Origin: a virus
Lineage: Duplodnaviria > Caudoviricetes
Direction: 5' to 3' (one strand)
DNA: 58,558 bases
IMG/VR virus record: IMGVR_UViG_3300037722_001048
Coordinates: 1-58,558 of that record
Shown here: positions 16,793 to 27,834 of the stretch, piece by piece
How positions within the stretch are numbered: the first letter of the stretch is position 1
Layout: each line of letters starts with the position of its first letter
Notes under the pieces: generated by a model
Databases searched by the model: none
Told to the model about the DNA's origin: nothing
Seen by the model: only the letters and a program-made list of their open reading frames with translations
Program-made: the position numbers and the translations under genes

Positions 16793-18246
16793 AGTTCCTC
16801 ACTCCATACTTCCTCTTCAGATACATTATAGGCGACGATGTAGCACCTCTCCGGCTGATTTCCATATACTCGATTTATAGTGCCGTCATGAAAGTACTCG
16901 CCGTTATGATAATTACCCAGTTTCACAACTACCAGATCATCCCCGGTTAATAACATATCCAAGGTTATGAGATTAACAGAATCATTAGCATTGTTTATTG
17001 TTGATCCATCTAATACTAAATCAGTAAAGAAAACATCAATAAAGGGGTAAATGTAGACTGGGAATCCCGATTTTATTACCCCAAATAACTTTATAATTTT
17101 AGAGGCTATACGGGTAGGCACTGCGGAGGTAAGTTCGGATTTAAGATAGACAATGTTGTATTTTAACACTGTATCAAAAAGATTATACAGATACTGTTGG
17201 TACTCCCTGCCCCCATCCCTTACATAAAGTAGAGCTGTGGGACTTGCCAGATAATCTGGGTGAGTGAAGTCTCCATCGAATAAGGCTGGCATGGATACCC
17301 CATCAAACCACGTGGGGTTGGTAATGTAATCGTCGACGGTGTTCCACTTCACCAATAGGTCGTACTTATTTAATACCTGCCCTACCTCCACTAGTACTAC
17401 ACCAAATCCGTAGGTGATGTAGGTCATCTTGTCTGTGACGATAGTATGAGTCGACTCAATTGTTATAGCCTCCTCAGTATTATAAGTAATATCACTAGTA
17501 ATCTCGAGGACAATTTCACCCTGATGCCTAGTGTAAGGAAATCCAAACAAGATGTTAGTAATAGCCTCAATATTTTTTATGCTCTTGGTCCTGGTGTAAA
17601 AATATTGCAAAGCTTCTATTAGTAGTTTGTAGTCCTCGCTATTGTATTCATGAGTGTATAGGAATGTACCAAACCTATTATAGATGTAATCTTCTTTTAA
17701 AAGCACATTAGAGGCCCAAAAAAGTACAAACCTACTAGTGGTAACATCAACGCTGTATGCCCCAGATATGATAGTTTCATCTGAGAAGATATTTACGTAG
17801 AATCTAACCTTACCATCCACTAGGTCGTAATGTTCACCCTGGGCTAGTGAGACTTCCGGTTCAAATAAAGAACTTACTAAAAATTCGAGTGAGATATGAT
17901 CACCCACTTCATACTCTATATACTCAGGATCCTCTTTGGAGGGGTAATATACAGCTCTCTCCTCGTCAAATACAAAGAGCTTATACTTGAGCGGGGTCCC
18001 TGACGGGGTAGAAATTAAGCTACTACACAAGACCTTATTAAGTAATCGGGTGTACTCATCTGATACAAGGGTCACTGCCCCAGACAGAATGCGCTGAATA
18101 TTTTCTTTATCCGTGTAGTACTCCTGCCAGTAATCCCCTAGAATTTGAAGGAGACTGCGGCTGGTCATACTTGCCTCAAGCGAGGCTTTCAAACTGGCAT
18201 CGGAGTAAGCAGAGTATGCAGGAGGTAGGTAAGATATGAGAGCCAT
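16789..18246 (-). CDS. putative baseplate wedge protein
   Basis: 485 aa between the J-like and fibre genes; called by synteny. Confidence 0.5.
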   Translation of the reverse strand: MALISYLPPAYSAYSDASLKASLEASMTSRSLLQILGDYWQEYYTDKENIQRILSGAVTLVSDEYTRLLNKVLCSSLISTPSGTPLKYKLFVFDEERAVYYPSKEDPEYIEYEVGDHISLEFLVSSLFEPEVSLAQGEHYDLVDGKVRFYVNIFSDETIISGAYSVDVTTSRFVLFWASNVLLKEDYIYNRFGTFLYTHEYNSEDYKLLIEALQYFYTRTKSIKNIEAITNILFGFPYTRHQGEIVLEITSDITYNTEEAITIESTHTIVTDKMTYITYGFGVVLVEVGQVLNKYDLLVKWNTVDDYITNPTWFDGVSMPALFDGDFTHPDYLASPTALLYVRDGGREYQQYLYNLFDTVLKYNIVYLKSELTSAVPTRIASKIIKLFGVIKSGFPVYIYPFIDVFFTDLVLDGSTINNANDSVNLITLDMLLTGDDLVVVKLGNYHNGEYFHDGTINRVYGNQPERCYIVAYNVSEEEVWSEEL

Positions 18247-19763
18247 TAGCCTACCGCTACCAGGGTCACAGAGATTAAGGAAGGGTCAGTATAGTACCTG
18301 AGGGTGTTCCAGGTAATTTGATCAGATACCCCGGTAGGGGCACTGAATTCGTCGGTTAAAGGCCCACTCGCCTGAGTAAAATCTTTAGGATCAGTGAGGG
18401 TATAAGATAAAGAAATAGGCAAGGCAACCGCGCTGACCCCCGAGACCCGGTTGTGAATCTCCTGGATCAGATCGGACACTGAAAGCACTTCCGGGTAGAC
18501 TACTGACTCGATGAATTCTTTGATCGCGGCTTTGATTTGGGCTTCTAGATCCACAAGGGTGACCCCTAAGGCCAGGCGTACCCGGATAGTCAAATCCCCC
18601 GAGATCAGCACCGGAAACATACCCCGGACAACCGGGTCATAACAGCACACCCTATTATCTTCTGAGGCTACAAAAGTATCCAGGCCCTCAAGCAGCGGGT
18701 TTATCAGATACCTGACGGTCACCGGCACCCCATCGAGAGTGTCAGGAATGCCCAAAGTCACTACAGTGCCAAACGCCCCAAAAGCAGATTCGGTAACACC
18801 CGAAATAGAATAAGGTAAGGCTGCCCCCTCGGCGTCAAGTACCGAGACCACACTTACCACGTTATTCCTAGGTAGGGTTACAGACCCTCCTCCTACCAGC
18901 AAAGTCTCAGTAATCGCCTCCAGGTCCGCATCGGCGTAGATATCAGCTTTATTGCCAACATGGACATCTATGAACTCGAAGGAGACTATATCCCGTAGCT
19001 GCTCAGCCGACCCAAACCGAGCCACATATAAAGACTTCAGCGTATTGAATTCACCCATTAAGACAGTGGAGATGGCCCTATCTGTGATGAGTTCCCGAGT
19101 AGTAATCGCCTGTCCCGTGCGTGTAATAAATGACTCGCTAGACTCCCTAGGGGTGCCTGCTTTGAAGTCACCTAGTTCTGCCGGGATATCACCACGAATG
19201 AGATAGACATTAGAGAGGAGGATAGACACCTTATCCCCCACCTTCGGCTGGGTACTGGTAGCTGCAGCGGCCTCTACAGAGATGTCAACATAAAATTCGG
19301 TCAAGTTCTCTATTGAATTAACAATACTAGTAAAATCCGTAGAAGAGAAGGTATAGGACAGCGAAGCCAGTAAGGATTCCGAACCTATAGTCGCTATAAC
19401 GGTGCCCTTATTAATCTGCAAAAATTGCACTGGTCGGGTAAAATACAGCCGTAGCTTACCTGTGGAGGCGGTACCTTCTTTCCGGGACACAAACCAGTTA
19501 CTAAGTATTGAGTCCACCACTGTGTCGTATTCAGTCCCTAGCTCATCTTTAAGAAGCTCTGCATTAGCCAGAGACAGATAAGCAATGGCCCGGTCCACAT
19601 CAAACTTAAATACAGTGTGTAATAGCGTTAGCCCCTTTATGAGGACATCATTAGCACCAGTGCCCTCCTCGAGGGACCCCTCGTATTCCGCGTCCCGTAG
19701 GTACTGAACCAGAAAGTTGCGGGCGGTGGACAGGGTATTTGAATCTATAGGGTAATTAGACAT
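18246..19763 (-). CDS. baseplate J-like protein
   Basis: NWFVSRKEG..STG.LRLYF, GTPRESSESFI.R pattern; synteny. Confidence 0.7.
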   Translation of the reverse strand: MSNYPIDSNTLSTARNFLVQYLRDAEYEGSLEEGTGANDVLIKGLTLLHTVFKFDVDRAIAYLSLANAELLKDELGTEYDTVVDSILSNWFVSRKEGTASTGKLRLYFTRPVQFLQINKGTVIATIGSESLLASLSYTFSSTDFTSIVNSIENLTEFYVDISVEAAAATSTQPKVGDKVSILLSNVYLIRGDIPAELGDFKAGTPRESSESFITRTGQAITTRELITDRAISTVLMGEFNTLKSLYVARFGSAEQLRDIVSFEFIDVHVGNKADIYADADLEAITETLLVGGGSVTLPRNNVVSVVSVLDAEGAALPYSISGVTESAFGAFGTVVTLGIPDTLDGVPVTVRYLINPLLEGLDTFVASEDNRVCCYDPVVRGMFPVLISGDLTIRVRLALGVTLVDLEAQIKAAIKEFIESVVYPEVLSVSDLIQEIHNRVSGVSAVALPISLSYTLTDPKDFTQASGPLTDEFSAPTGVSDQITWNTLRYYTDPSLISVTLVAVG

Positions 19764-19861
19764 TAAGAGGCAAATCCTTGGCTAACAAAGAAACCCGCTG
19801 CCGGGCTAATCGACTGTAATATATTGGGCTTATAGGTACTCTTTTTGTAGAAGAATATTTA

Positions 19862-20302
19862 CTAAGTTCGTACTGGCAACTCTAGGGTGGCATACCCGCC
19901 CGTGGTTGTACGAATATCCAAATAGACATCCAATCTGTCGGGGAGTAGGTTACTGTATTTAAGATCCCTAAGAGATAAGGATCTCAGCCTATCCCCGCTG
20001 ACCTCAGTAGCCTCGTCCACTGTACGGATGTACTCAGCACATCGATCCAGGTCTTCTGATAATTCTAGCCGCAGCTTTGGCAGGTAATCCTGAGAAATTT
20101 GAACGTAGGAGGTTAAATAGGACCCGTATTCAGGGTCAAGTACATCACTGCCAATGGTCGTCAACATAAATTTAGTCACTCTACTGGCAATGACCTCTAT
20201 TCCTGTGGTGGGGGCTTCGGACAATGAAGAGGGTACTATCTCTTCAACAGTATTGAGGAGATCAGAGTAAGTTCCACTACGCCTGTACAGACGAATATCC
20301 AT
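19862..20302 (-). CDS. gp25-like baseplate wedge/sheath initiator (start MDIRLY)
   Basis: KFMLTTIGSDVLDPEYGS motif. Confidence 0.65.
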   Translation of the reverse strand: MDIRLYRRSGTYSDLLNTVEEIVPSSLSEAPTTGIEVIASRVTKFMLTTIGSDVLDPEYGSYLTSYVQISQDYLPKLRLELSEDLDRCAEYIRTVDEATEVSGDRLRSLSLRDLKYSNLLPDRLDVYLDIRTTTGGYATLELPVRT

Positions 20303-20306
20303 TGGA

Positions 20307-20654
20307 CTAATTCCCCATATTTTCAAGGTTATTGATAATCGATTTAAAAAAATCTACATAAGCTATCAGTTTATCTAGTTGATCGGAAGAACCTTCATAG
20401 TAATCCAGCCTGGTTGCTCCGTATATAGAACCTAATCGGGCCATAGAGGCGACGAAGTCGTACGCGTCCCGTAAAGCTATTAACGTAGCCATGGATACGT
20501 TACTCGACATAAAAGCGTCGTTAGCCAAAGACTCGACAGATACTGCTAATGTGCTTAGATCAATAGCGTCAACCCCCGTGTTACCTGCGATGGCCTTCTG
20601 CATATCGACAACGGATTTCAATTCCGCTACTAAGTCTGTGAGTTCAGCAGGCAT
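20307..20654 (-). CDS. hypothetical protein
   Basis: 115-aa ORF coupled to the sigma gene. Confidence 0.65.
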   Translation of the reverse strand: MPAELTDLVAELKSVVDMQKAIAGNTGVDAIDLSTLAVSVESLANDAFMSSNVSMATLIALRDAYDFVASMARLGSIYGATRLDYYEGSSDQLDKLIAYVDFFKSIINNLENMGN

Positions 20655-21382
20655 TAGAGTTTGATCCTCGATAACATGGATTTTATCTTATTAGTTAAGA
20701 GAGTCTTTTGGTAGCTAAGCTGGGCTTGGGTCCAGTTTAGTTCTCCCATGATTGTCGGGTTACTGAGTTTGGGCTTACCCCCGTACCCTGTGGTGTACTC
20801 AAAAAGCTTTTTTTCCGTGGGGGTTAAATCAAAATAAATAACTGATAATACATCTTCTCCTTCGTCAGTATCATTGCCAAAGAAATCATCATTAAGGCCG
20901 CCCACTGATTCAACCAGATCCTTACGTTGATACTGATCGATCCTACGGAGTTCTCCTTTGTGCCAACCCAGTTCCTGGTGCATTTCATCCAGGGTTGGGG
21001 AATACCCATTTACTGTGGTTAGATGATCCTTGGCTTGCAGGTAGCTGTTCAGTTTCAACGTCAGATTTTCGGGAAGGCGAGCAGCATTCTGGTGGCTGTA
21101 AACCAGCCGGCTTATAGGCTGAATTGCATTAATGACGTGGGTGGTCAGCGCTGTCCCTTTGTTCTCGTCGTAGGAATCGATCCCTTTAATCGCCAGAAGT
21201 TTTGCTTCATTAAGTAGCACCTCCCTCGGTACGGGGCCCGCCCACTTATTCACCTGACTCTGGATCACGGGGTCCAGGCGCTTTAAAAGCGTGGCTCTGT
21301 CAGCAGGAGACTTGGACTGCTTATATTGTTTCCAAAGGCGTAGATCTTCGTCTTTAAAGGAGGTATTCGTATTAATATTCAT
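20654..21382 (-). CDS. phage-encoded sigma-70 family (FliA/SigF-like) sigma factor
   Basis: Region 2 LAIKGIDSYDENKGTALTTHV, RLP, region 3 SPTLDEMHQELGW, region 4 LTPTEKKLF...HTH. Confidence 0.75.
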   Translation of the reverse strand: MNINTNTSFKDEDLRLWKQYKQSKSPADRATLLKRLDPVIQSQVNKWAGPVPREVLLNEAKLLAIKGIDSYDENKGTALTTHVINAIQPISRLVYSHQNAARLPENLTLKLNSYLQAKDHLTTVNGYSPTLDEMHQELGWHKGELRRIDQYQRKDLVESVGGLNDDFFGNDTDEGEDVLSVIYFDLTPTEKKLFEYTTGYGGKPKLSNPTIMGELNWTQAQLSYQKTLLTNKIKSMLSRIKL

Positions 21383-23181
21383 GAGTAGATCTCCGTAGCA
21401 AAAACCTTCTTGCTAATAGCCTTTAAAGTATCCAATATAGCGTCACCGCCTTGCCTTTTACTGAATAACTCAGAATCCCCACTAAAGTCATTAATGTCTA
21501 AACCCTTACCCGGCATGTACATATTGATAAATTCTTCTTGGGTGGAAATATTTCTGGAAGTGTATTTATAGGCTTCCATTGGGTCGTCTTGCATGGGGTG
21601 ATTTAGCAACGACTTGATGTCTCTCAAATCAACCGCATTGCAGCCTAGAAGCTCCTGGTATATTTTATTCATTTGGCTTACGTCATGGGTGATCTGGTCA
21701 GACACTGCGGGTACTGAGTTAGTAAGGGTAAGTTTCCCATCCTTCACTGCCTCAGATATCTCACGAACAAAACCCATTTCAACATTAGTAGACGCTTTGT
21801 GCTTGGTGATAGTATGCGTAACCACCAGCGCCTGTCCCACGAAAATGAATGGGTCCGTTGTCCCCGCATTATCAAATACTACAGAAGGGAACCCTGCAGT
21901 CATGAAAGGACTGAACGCCATCCCAAGAGACAAACGGCGGGGAGAGTACTGTCTGAGGAGTAAAAGGTGAGCCCGCACCTGATTCCAGAATTCTTTTTTC
22001 TTCCCTAGATTATCCCCGAGGTTCATGTAGGACATCCACAAGGGGGCAGCGGCATCTTCCGCGTAAGGCCCTGTGAACTGCTCCACATCCAGCAAGGAAC
22101 TACCTGGAATGTACTTAGTATGAGCATCCGCGCTTTCCGGCTCTTTAGGGTCTTTAGGCCAGTAATCCACTACACCGAACTGGGTTAGGGGGCTGTTGTC
22201 CCCTAGTAAGTTTAAGGCGTTACCCGTGTCAGCGGTGCGAATGCGCGTGGGCACCTGATATACACTCTCATCACACCGCAAGGAGTATATGAGGGAACGA
22301 GGCACGATATTGCACCGACTAGGCTGAGCCTCATAGAGAATAGGTTTGAGAGATAATGTTTTTAAGCCCGGTCCGGTAGGAGAATTAAGAGTAGAAAATT
22401 CATACTCCAGATGGCTAGCAACATAAGTAATAAGGTCAAACATATTGCCAGTCTTTGGCCCGTCAGTACCCATTTTGGCCATCATTGCCATAGCTTGCTC
22501 TGCCTGCAAAGCCTCGAGCATGGGGAATCCACTTCTAAAAACAGAGCTGTCATCTATGCACGGCAGGCGGCTCCATCTTTTATCGAGGCAACGCTGCTGA
22601 GCTTTTTCCCCATAAAATATGCCTACTTGACTTTTATCAGCCCCCACCTTGCCTTCCTTGGAGACAATATAACTTAAGGCATTTTCAAGAAAGTCAGAGG
22701 GGTACTCGATGGGGGTGTTACCTACGATACCCTTAGCAAACAGACTATAAGGAAACATAAAATCCGGGGATGAAACCACTACAGAGAGCTGCAGGGATCT
22801 GCCGGCCACCGCGTTACTAACAAACTCCGGCATGTTACGGGTGAAATCAAATGCTATGTCCTTCAGCAAAGCAAAAGTACTCTGCCCGTGAATGACAAAT
22901 TCCCGGCCCAAGGGGGTGTTAGAATAACCGAAGCCGGCTATTTCACCATCAAACATAAGCAGGTATTCGTCGTTCTTACCTTCAAAGGAATTAGAGACAA
23001 AGACGTGGAGAGGTACTCGATCGAATCTACCTATGCCATACAAAGCAGGCGATGGCTCAGTAGAGATAGAGCACGTAGGTAAGTCGTTGAACTTACTGGT
23101 AATGCTGATGCTATTGACAGGAATACGAACACCTGAGATGTAGCAGCGGATATCGATGTCGAAGAGATTAGTTAAAGCCAC
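21379..23181 (-). CDS. putative baseplate hub protein
   Basis: 600 aa; LMFDGEI.G N-terminus and FSPFMTAGFP...G....VTHTI C-terminus typical of hub proteins; synteny. Confidence 0.5.
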   Translation of the reverse strand: MALTNLFDIDIRCYISGVRIPVNSISITSKFNDLPTCSISTEPSPALYGIGRFDRVPLHVFVSNSFEGKNDEYLLMFDGEIAGFGYSNTPLGREFVIHGQSTFALLKDIAFDFTRNMPEFVSNAVAGRSLQLSVVVSSPDFMFPYSLFAKGIVGNTPIEYPSDFLENALSYIVSKEGKVGADKSQVGIFYGEKAQQRCLDKRWSRLPCIDDSSVFRSGFPMLEALQAEQAMAMMAKMGTDGPKTGNMFDLITYVASHLEYEFSTLNSPTGPGLKTLSLKPILYEAQPSRCNIVPRSLIYSLRCDESVYQVPTRIRTADTGNALNLLGDNSPLTQFGVVDYWPKDPKEPESADAHTKYIPGSSLLDVEQFTGPYAEDAAAPLWMSYMNLGDNLGKKKEFWNQVRAHLLLLRQYSPRRLSLGMAFSPFMTAGFPSVVFDNAGTTDPFIFVGQALVVTHTITKHKASTNVEMGFVREISEAVKDGKLTLTNSVPAVSDQITHDVSQMNKIYQELLGCNAVDLRDIKSLLNHPMQDDPMEAYKYTSRNISTQEEFINMYMPGKGLDINDFSGDSELFSKRQGGDAILDTLKAISKKVFATEIYS

Positions 23182-23196
23182 GTTAGGTCTTCACCT

Positions 23197-23874
23197 TTAT
23201 GCTATCGAGCTGACCGAGTAAGTTTGGAGTCCTACAGCATTATCAGAAACAAGATCCTGATCAGGTTCGGTCCAGCCCGCTTTATTATATAGGATGTCCA
23301 CTGACTTCACACCTTGCCAAGTATTTTCCTGGTTTTTCAACTTCATATTAAATACCAAAAACTGAGCCGTTATATTTAGAACATTATCATTGGCTGAAGT
23401 TTCCGATATGCCCAAACTCAAAAAAGCTCCCTGGACAAAGAAGCCAATAAAGTCTATATAAGGAGCGACACCTAACTTAGCTACTTGAGAAATTCTGAGT
23501 AATTTAGAATAGAGAGTCATTAAGGTTTTTTTGCCCTCACTATCAACTGTATCGACTAAGCTCGCTTTTATTGACAAGACCATGGGGGATTTGCCAAAAA
23601 AGTTCAGGGAAACATAATCCCCCAGCATAGGCTCGATTTGACTACGTTCTTTATAAGTAAAATCAATACCCTGGATCAATAGATCTAAGTCTATATGGCT
23701 GGGTTTTACGTACTTGTCAAAAATAGTTGGGTCCACTACTGGGGCGCCCGAGACAGGGTGGGTCAATGAACGAGCATTGGCGTACGCCGCTTGTGTATAA
23801 AATAGCCGGGCTACTCCCTGGTATTCCGCTTTAGCGAACGTAGTAAACGGTGAGTAAGTCTCTAAAGTGCCCAT
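23197..23874 (-). CDS. tail/baseplate structural protein (tube-initiator-like)
   Basis: 225 aa downstream of the tape measure; FFGKSP motif shared with its neighbour. Confidence 0.5.
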   Translation of the reverse strand: MGTLETYSPFTTFAKAEYQGVARLFYTQAAYANARSLTHPVSGAPVVDPTIFDKYVKPSHIDLDLLIQGIDFTYKERSQIEPMLGDYVSLNFFGKSPMVLSIKASLVDTVDSEGKKTLMTLYSKLLRISQVAKLGVAPYIDFIGFFVQGAFLSLGISETSANDNVLNITAQFLVFNMKLKNQENTWQGVKSVDILYNKAGWTEPDQDLVSDNAVGLQTYSVSSIA

Positions 23875-24407
23875 TAAATAACCCGATACTTATAGCCGAT
23901 TCCGCTCAACGAAAACGGGGTTATATCCTGCCCTTCGGAATTAGTCGACATCGTCAAATCCGTTAAACGTAGTTGCATAATTGTGTTTTTTAGATGGAAC
24001 CTCAAGGACAACCCGGACCGACTCAGCACCGACCCTCTCAGCCCTTTGTGGTACACACTAAGGAAGTTGAGACGGTGATCATCCTTGGGGGTGGTCCACA
24101 GCCAACCCCCGATGTTTATCATGACCGGCATAGCTCCAAAGGTAGAGGCTACAAATGTGTCCGATAGAACATCTTGGACATCGGCTGCCTCGGCGTGCTG
24201 TTCCGTGTAGCTGCCTACAATCATAGTCCAAACCCCTCGGGTGTTAACATACTGGGCTTGCTCCGTATTCCCGTCGAACAGAGCGGTCAAGATAGCTAGA
24301 CTGTTGCTCCCAGTAAACTTGAAATAGGCTTTATCCTCCTCGGTGAATCGAGTAGACCAGGGAGTATTTTGGGCGTAGTAGCCTGTGAAGTGGGCATCGT
24401 GTATCAT
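23874..24407 (-). CDS. tail/baseplate structural protein (paralog-like of neighbour)
   Basis: 177 aa; DTFV.STFGAMP resembles DYVSLNFFGKSP in the adjacent gene. Confidence 0.5.
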   Translation of the reverse strand: MIHDAHFTGYYAQNTPWSTRFTEEDKAYFKFTGSNSLAILTALFDGNTEQAQYVNTRGVWTMIVGSYTEQHAEAADVQDVLSDTFVASTFGAMPVMINIGGWLWTTPKDDHRLNFLSVYHKGLRGSVLSRSGLSLRFHLKNTIMQLRLTDLTMSTNSEGQDITPFSLSGIGYKYRVI

Positions 24408-27346
24408 GATAATTTAGTAATCCAGGCGTCTACTTTATCTGCTACATAAGTTAAATGTTCATCAATGGAAGAAAGGTGGGCATTGCCTCGCTCGCTGGCC
24501 TTTATTACCTCATCTGTGGCACTAGAGGAAACTTCGCCTGAGCTGTCTTTAGTGCCCAGACCACTGGCTGCATAGGAGTTCTTTTTTTGCTGAAGAGTTA
24601 GTGTTTCATCAACCAGGCTATCAGATGCCTCTACCCGCTTTTTGAATATATGCTGATCCTTTATTGTCGACTTGGAAAGTGTATCACTGGCGGTATACAA
24701 ATTATCTATCTTGGTATCGTCTTCCATGCCCTTCTCACCCGCCAGGGCTTTGAATGCTGCTTGGTGATCATAGGAGACATTGCCCTCTGCATCGGTAGTC
24801 CTGCCTTCCAGGTAGTCCTCTATCTGACCCTCATCCTTCCCCTGCTTTGCCAGGAGCATACGTAAGTTACTTTCATTCTGTTTATATTCTGTTGACCCCG
24901 GTGTACCCTTATCTAATGCCTGGCCCAGCTGGGCTACGAGCATTAATTGGCCGGCGTGAACGCTCCCACCATCAGACTTTAGAGCCTCTGCTAGGGCACT
25001 CTGGGCTTCCTTATTATCAAAGCCCGTACCTATATCCTCAGCACCCATCATAGTGTTTGTGGTAAGGTCGCTATACATTTTTTTTACGGCTTTTTCTGAC
25101 TCAATTACTTCATCACCAGTAGCTGCTGCAATCCGACCTTTAAATTTGGCATGATCAATGCGAGCATCCTGCCCGAGTTCCTTATTATTAGATAAGGCAG
25201 AGTGGGTGGCTGCCTTACGCACACTAGGATCCTGGGCTAGTTTACGGGCTTCAGAATCGCTCTTACCCTGGCGTTTAAATTCTGCCACTAACAACCCGGT
25301 CATACGGTCATCGGTAAATGCCCGATTGCCCATTTCCCCCGCAGCGACACTGAACCCCTGCATGGCTTCTCGGTAATTAACCCCACCAGACTTCAAGGCA
25401 CCAGCGGCGCTTTCCCGTTGTTCTGTGGTTAACCCCCGGCCCTCTGCAAAATCCCCAACATTCTGGTAGTAAGTCCTGGCCTCTGTACCGGAGAAGAACC
25501 GCATCTTATCCCACTCCGAAACACCCGCATCTAACATGGCCTCTTTACTGAGTAAAGTAGCCGGGCCCTCTTTAAGGTATTTGTCCTTCTCCTCTTGAGT
25601 CAGACCCTTTGAATCCATGTCGTAATTTATGCCGGAAACATAGGTGCCTGTAGTGGTGACCCCATTAGCCTTTAGCTCGTCATGCTCCTGACCTTCGGAC
25701 CACTTAGAAGCCAGGGCATCCCAAGGTTTGCCAAACATCTCATAAGTAGCCCCCCGCCTCCATTTATGGAATCGAGTTGTAATACCCCTTTCGGCTTCAA
25801 TTTTTTCGTACTTCTGCCTGTTTACTTCGCTTTGGGTCTGGCGATATTGATCATTTAAGGTCTTCATTGCCTCTGGGTTGGTGTATATGTCAGCCCACTG
25901 CCGAGCCTGCTCATCACCTACCCCTCGCATCTTCATACCAGCCATGTAGTTATCTCTAGTACGTTCCAAACCTACAGTATCCATCCACTGTTCGGTTTGG
26001 CTCTTTTGCATCATGATCATACCTTGAGGGCCTTGGTCTTCCATAACTTTTGACCAGACCTCATCCTTGTTTGCAGCAAAGCGCATATAGGACCCAGGGT
26101 CTTTGAGCCGATTCCCACCTAGCTGCAATACCTCCTGCTGACTGATCTTCCCGCTCATCAGTTTAGCGAGTTTGGCCTGGTCGTAACCTGTGCCTTCCTC
26201 ATTCATAAGATAAGCCGTGGTATAGTCTTTAGACTCCATATTCATCTGGCCCATCGACTGGGTCATGTTCTGGGCCATACCAGACACTCCCCCTTGTCGA
26301 GCCAGCTCTGCAGGGGATATCAACCCCAGGCGTTTTCTTATCTCGACTAAAGACCCACTGGCCATATTCTGTAATTCACCAGCAATAGGGGTCATACCCA
26401 TTTGGCTATAGATCATAGCTCCGGCCTTGCCAAACGTCTCCACTGCCTCGTCCACTGACAACCCTAAAGTACGGGCGTAGGTTTTTTGGTGTGCAGCTAC
26501 TTGGGGTTGCGAAGTCAGCTTGGCACCCATATCCAGTAAACGCTTCATCTTAGGCATTAAGCTCTCGAGGTCCATTGCCTCGAGGGTCGACATCATTACC
26601 CCGGCGTTACCTACCATGGTCTTCATGGTCTGCTTATACTGCTCAGCATTACCGGAAAAATCGAATAACTTCTGAGCCCCACCTTGCTTTAGGATGGACC
26701 GATAGTCCTCCTCTTTAAACACCATGTCAGTGGAGGCTGATTTGCGAATGAAGGAGTCAATCGATTGCGCCGCCGGGGCACTGAATCCTTGATGTAATGA
26801 ACGAGATACGTCAGAGCCGGAGATCACATTAGGCATAGACCCTTGCTGGATAGAACGGGTCTGCCTTATGCGGTCATTGAAAGGTGCAGATACCGAGGGC
26901 ATCATCAAGCCTGCGGCAAGGCCACCCACCGCGCCAAAAGGGCCGGCCATGGCAGCACCTGCCACAGTGGAGGCAAGCACGTCAGCCGCGCCGCCACCGA
27001 TAGCAAACCCAGCATCCCTTGTTCGACGCCCTGCCATGGTCTGCGCATAGGTCTGATTCACACCCGGATTATAGGTGTTCACCAGGTAGTTGAATGCACC
27101 AGGGCCCGGCATAGCCCCGAAAGGGTTCCCTCTATGTGCAGTCATATAAGACTGCCATAGGTTGGGCTGCTGGTGCATGCCGTTTACCCCTTGAGGTGTT
27201 GGCATGGACCTAAACGCACCATAGTTCGGACTGGTCAAATACTGGGCCTGGGGCATGTACCCCATCTGGCCTCCAGTCATGAACTGGGTGGCCAGGGGGT
27301 CATACGGAGTGAATCCCTGAGAGGGGTCGGTACCTGGAGTAATCAA
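24404..27346 (-). CDS. putative tape measure protein
   Basis: 980 aa, Ala/Gly/Met/Gln-rich helical, glycine-zipper hydrophobic segment; follows the chaperone pair. Confidence 0.6.
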   Translation of the reverse strand: MITPGTDPSQGFTPYDPLATQFMTGGQMGYMPQAQYLTSPNYGAFRSMPTPQGVNGMHQQPNLWQSYMTAHRGNPFGAMPGPGAFNYLVNTYNPGVNQTYAQTMAGRRTRDAGFAIGGGAADVLASTVAGAAMAGPFGAVGGLAAGLMMPSVSAPFNDRIRQTRSIQQGSMPNVISGSDVSRSLHQGFSAPAAQSIDSFIRKSASTDMVFKEEDYRSILKQGGAQKLFDFSGNAEQYKQTMKTMVGNAGVMMSTLEAMDLESLMPKMKRLLDMGAKLTSQPQVAAHQKTYARTLGLSVDEAVETFGKAGAMIYSQMGMTPIAGELQNMASGSLVEIRKRLGLISPAELARQGGVSGMAQNMTQSMGQMNMESKDYTTAYLMNEEGTGYDQAKLAKLMSGKISQQEVLQLGGNRLKDPGSYMRFAANKDEVWSKVMEDQGPQGMIMMQKSQTEQWMDTVGLERTRDNYMAGMKMRGVGDEQARQWADIYTNPEAMKTLNDQYRQTQSEVNRQKYEKIEAERGITTRFHKWRRGATYEMFGKPWDALASKWSEGQEHDELKANGVTTTGTYVSGINYDMDSKGLTQEEKDKYLKEGPATLLSKEAMLDAGVSEWDKMRFFSGTEARTYYQNVGDFAEGRGLTTEQRESAAGALKSGGVNYREAMQGFSVAAGEMGNRAFTDDRMTGLLVAEFKRQGKSDSEARKLAQDPSVRKAATHSALSNNKELGQDARIDHAKFKGRIAAATGDEVIESEKAVKKMYSDLTTNTMMGAEDIGTGFDNKEAQSALAEALKSDGGSVHAGQLMLVAQLGQALDKGTPGSTEYKQNESNLRMLLAKQGKDEGQIEDYLEGRTTDAEGNVSYDHQAAFKALAGEKGMEDDTKIDNLYTASDTLSKSTIKDQHIFKKRVEASDSLVDETLTLQQKKNSYAASGLGTKDSSGEVSSSATDEVIKASERGNAHLSSIDEHLTYVADKVDAWITKLS

Positions 27347-27360
27347 ATTTCAGCCCTGAC

Positions 27361-27834
27361 TTAAGAGGTCGGAAGGTCGGTCTTGGATTGCAAATGCTTA
27401 ACGCGACGCAGGAGATCGGAAACTTTAGTGATAACTTCTGAGAAGGTTGTTGAACCTTCGGAAGCTGCTGAGATCACCTCCAAAAATTCGTGCTTTTGTT
27501 TGGAAGTCACTTCCGGTTTAGTGATTTTCCCGGGGCCAAAAGTCTCGTTACTAAAACCATAATCCCTTAGCAATTCTCTATGTTCTGCGTTGACCAAATC
27601 TAATAGCTTTTTTACCGCCACTTGCGACTCTGGCGGGGCAGATACAAATAGTAGGTGGGACCAGAGAGCATGCTGCACAGATTCTTTGTTGAGAGTAAAG
27701 GATAATTCCGCCTGGTATCTTAGGGACAATAACTTATACTCTAGGCTATTAACTGCATAATGAACCCCAGTCGTGGCTAGCGTTTCCGCTCTTACTCTTC
27801 CGACTGGGGTCCGGTAAAAGAATTCACCGCCCAA
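27361..27834 (-). CDS. tail assembly chaperone, frameshift extension (gpT-like)
   Basis: Overlaps the previous ORF in the -1 frame; only a TTG start; lies immediately before the tape measure. Confidence 0.5.
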   Translation of the reverse strand: MGGEFFYRTPVGRVRAETLATTGVHYAVNSLEYKLLSLRYQAELSFTLNKESVQHALWSHLLFVSAPPESQVAVKKLLDLVNAEHRELLRDYGFSNETFGPGKITKPEVTSKQKHEFLEVISAASEGSTTFSEVITKVSDLLRRVKHLQSKTDLPTS

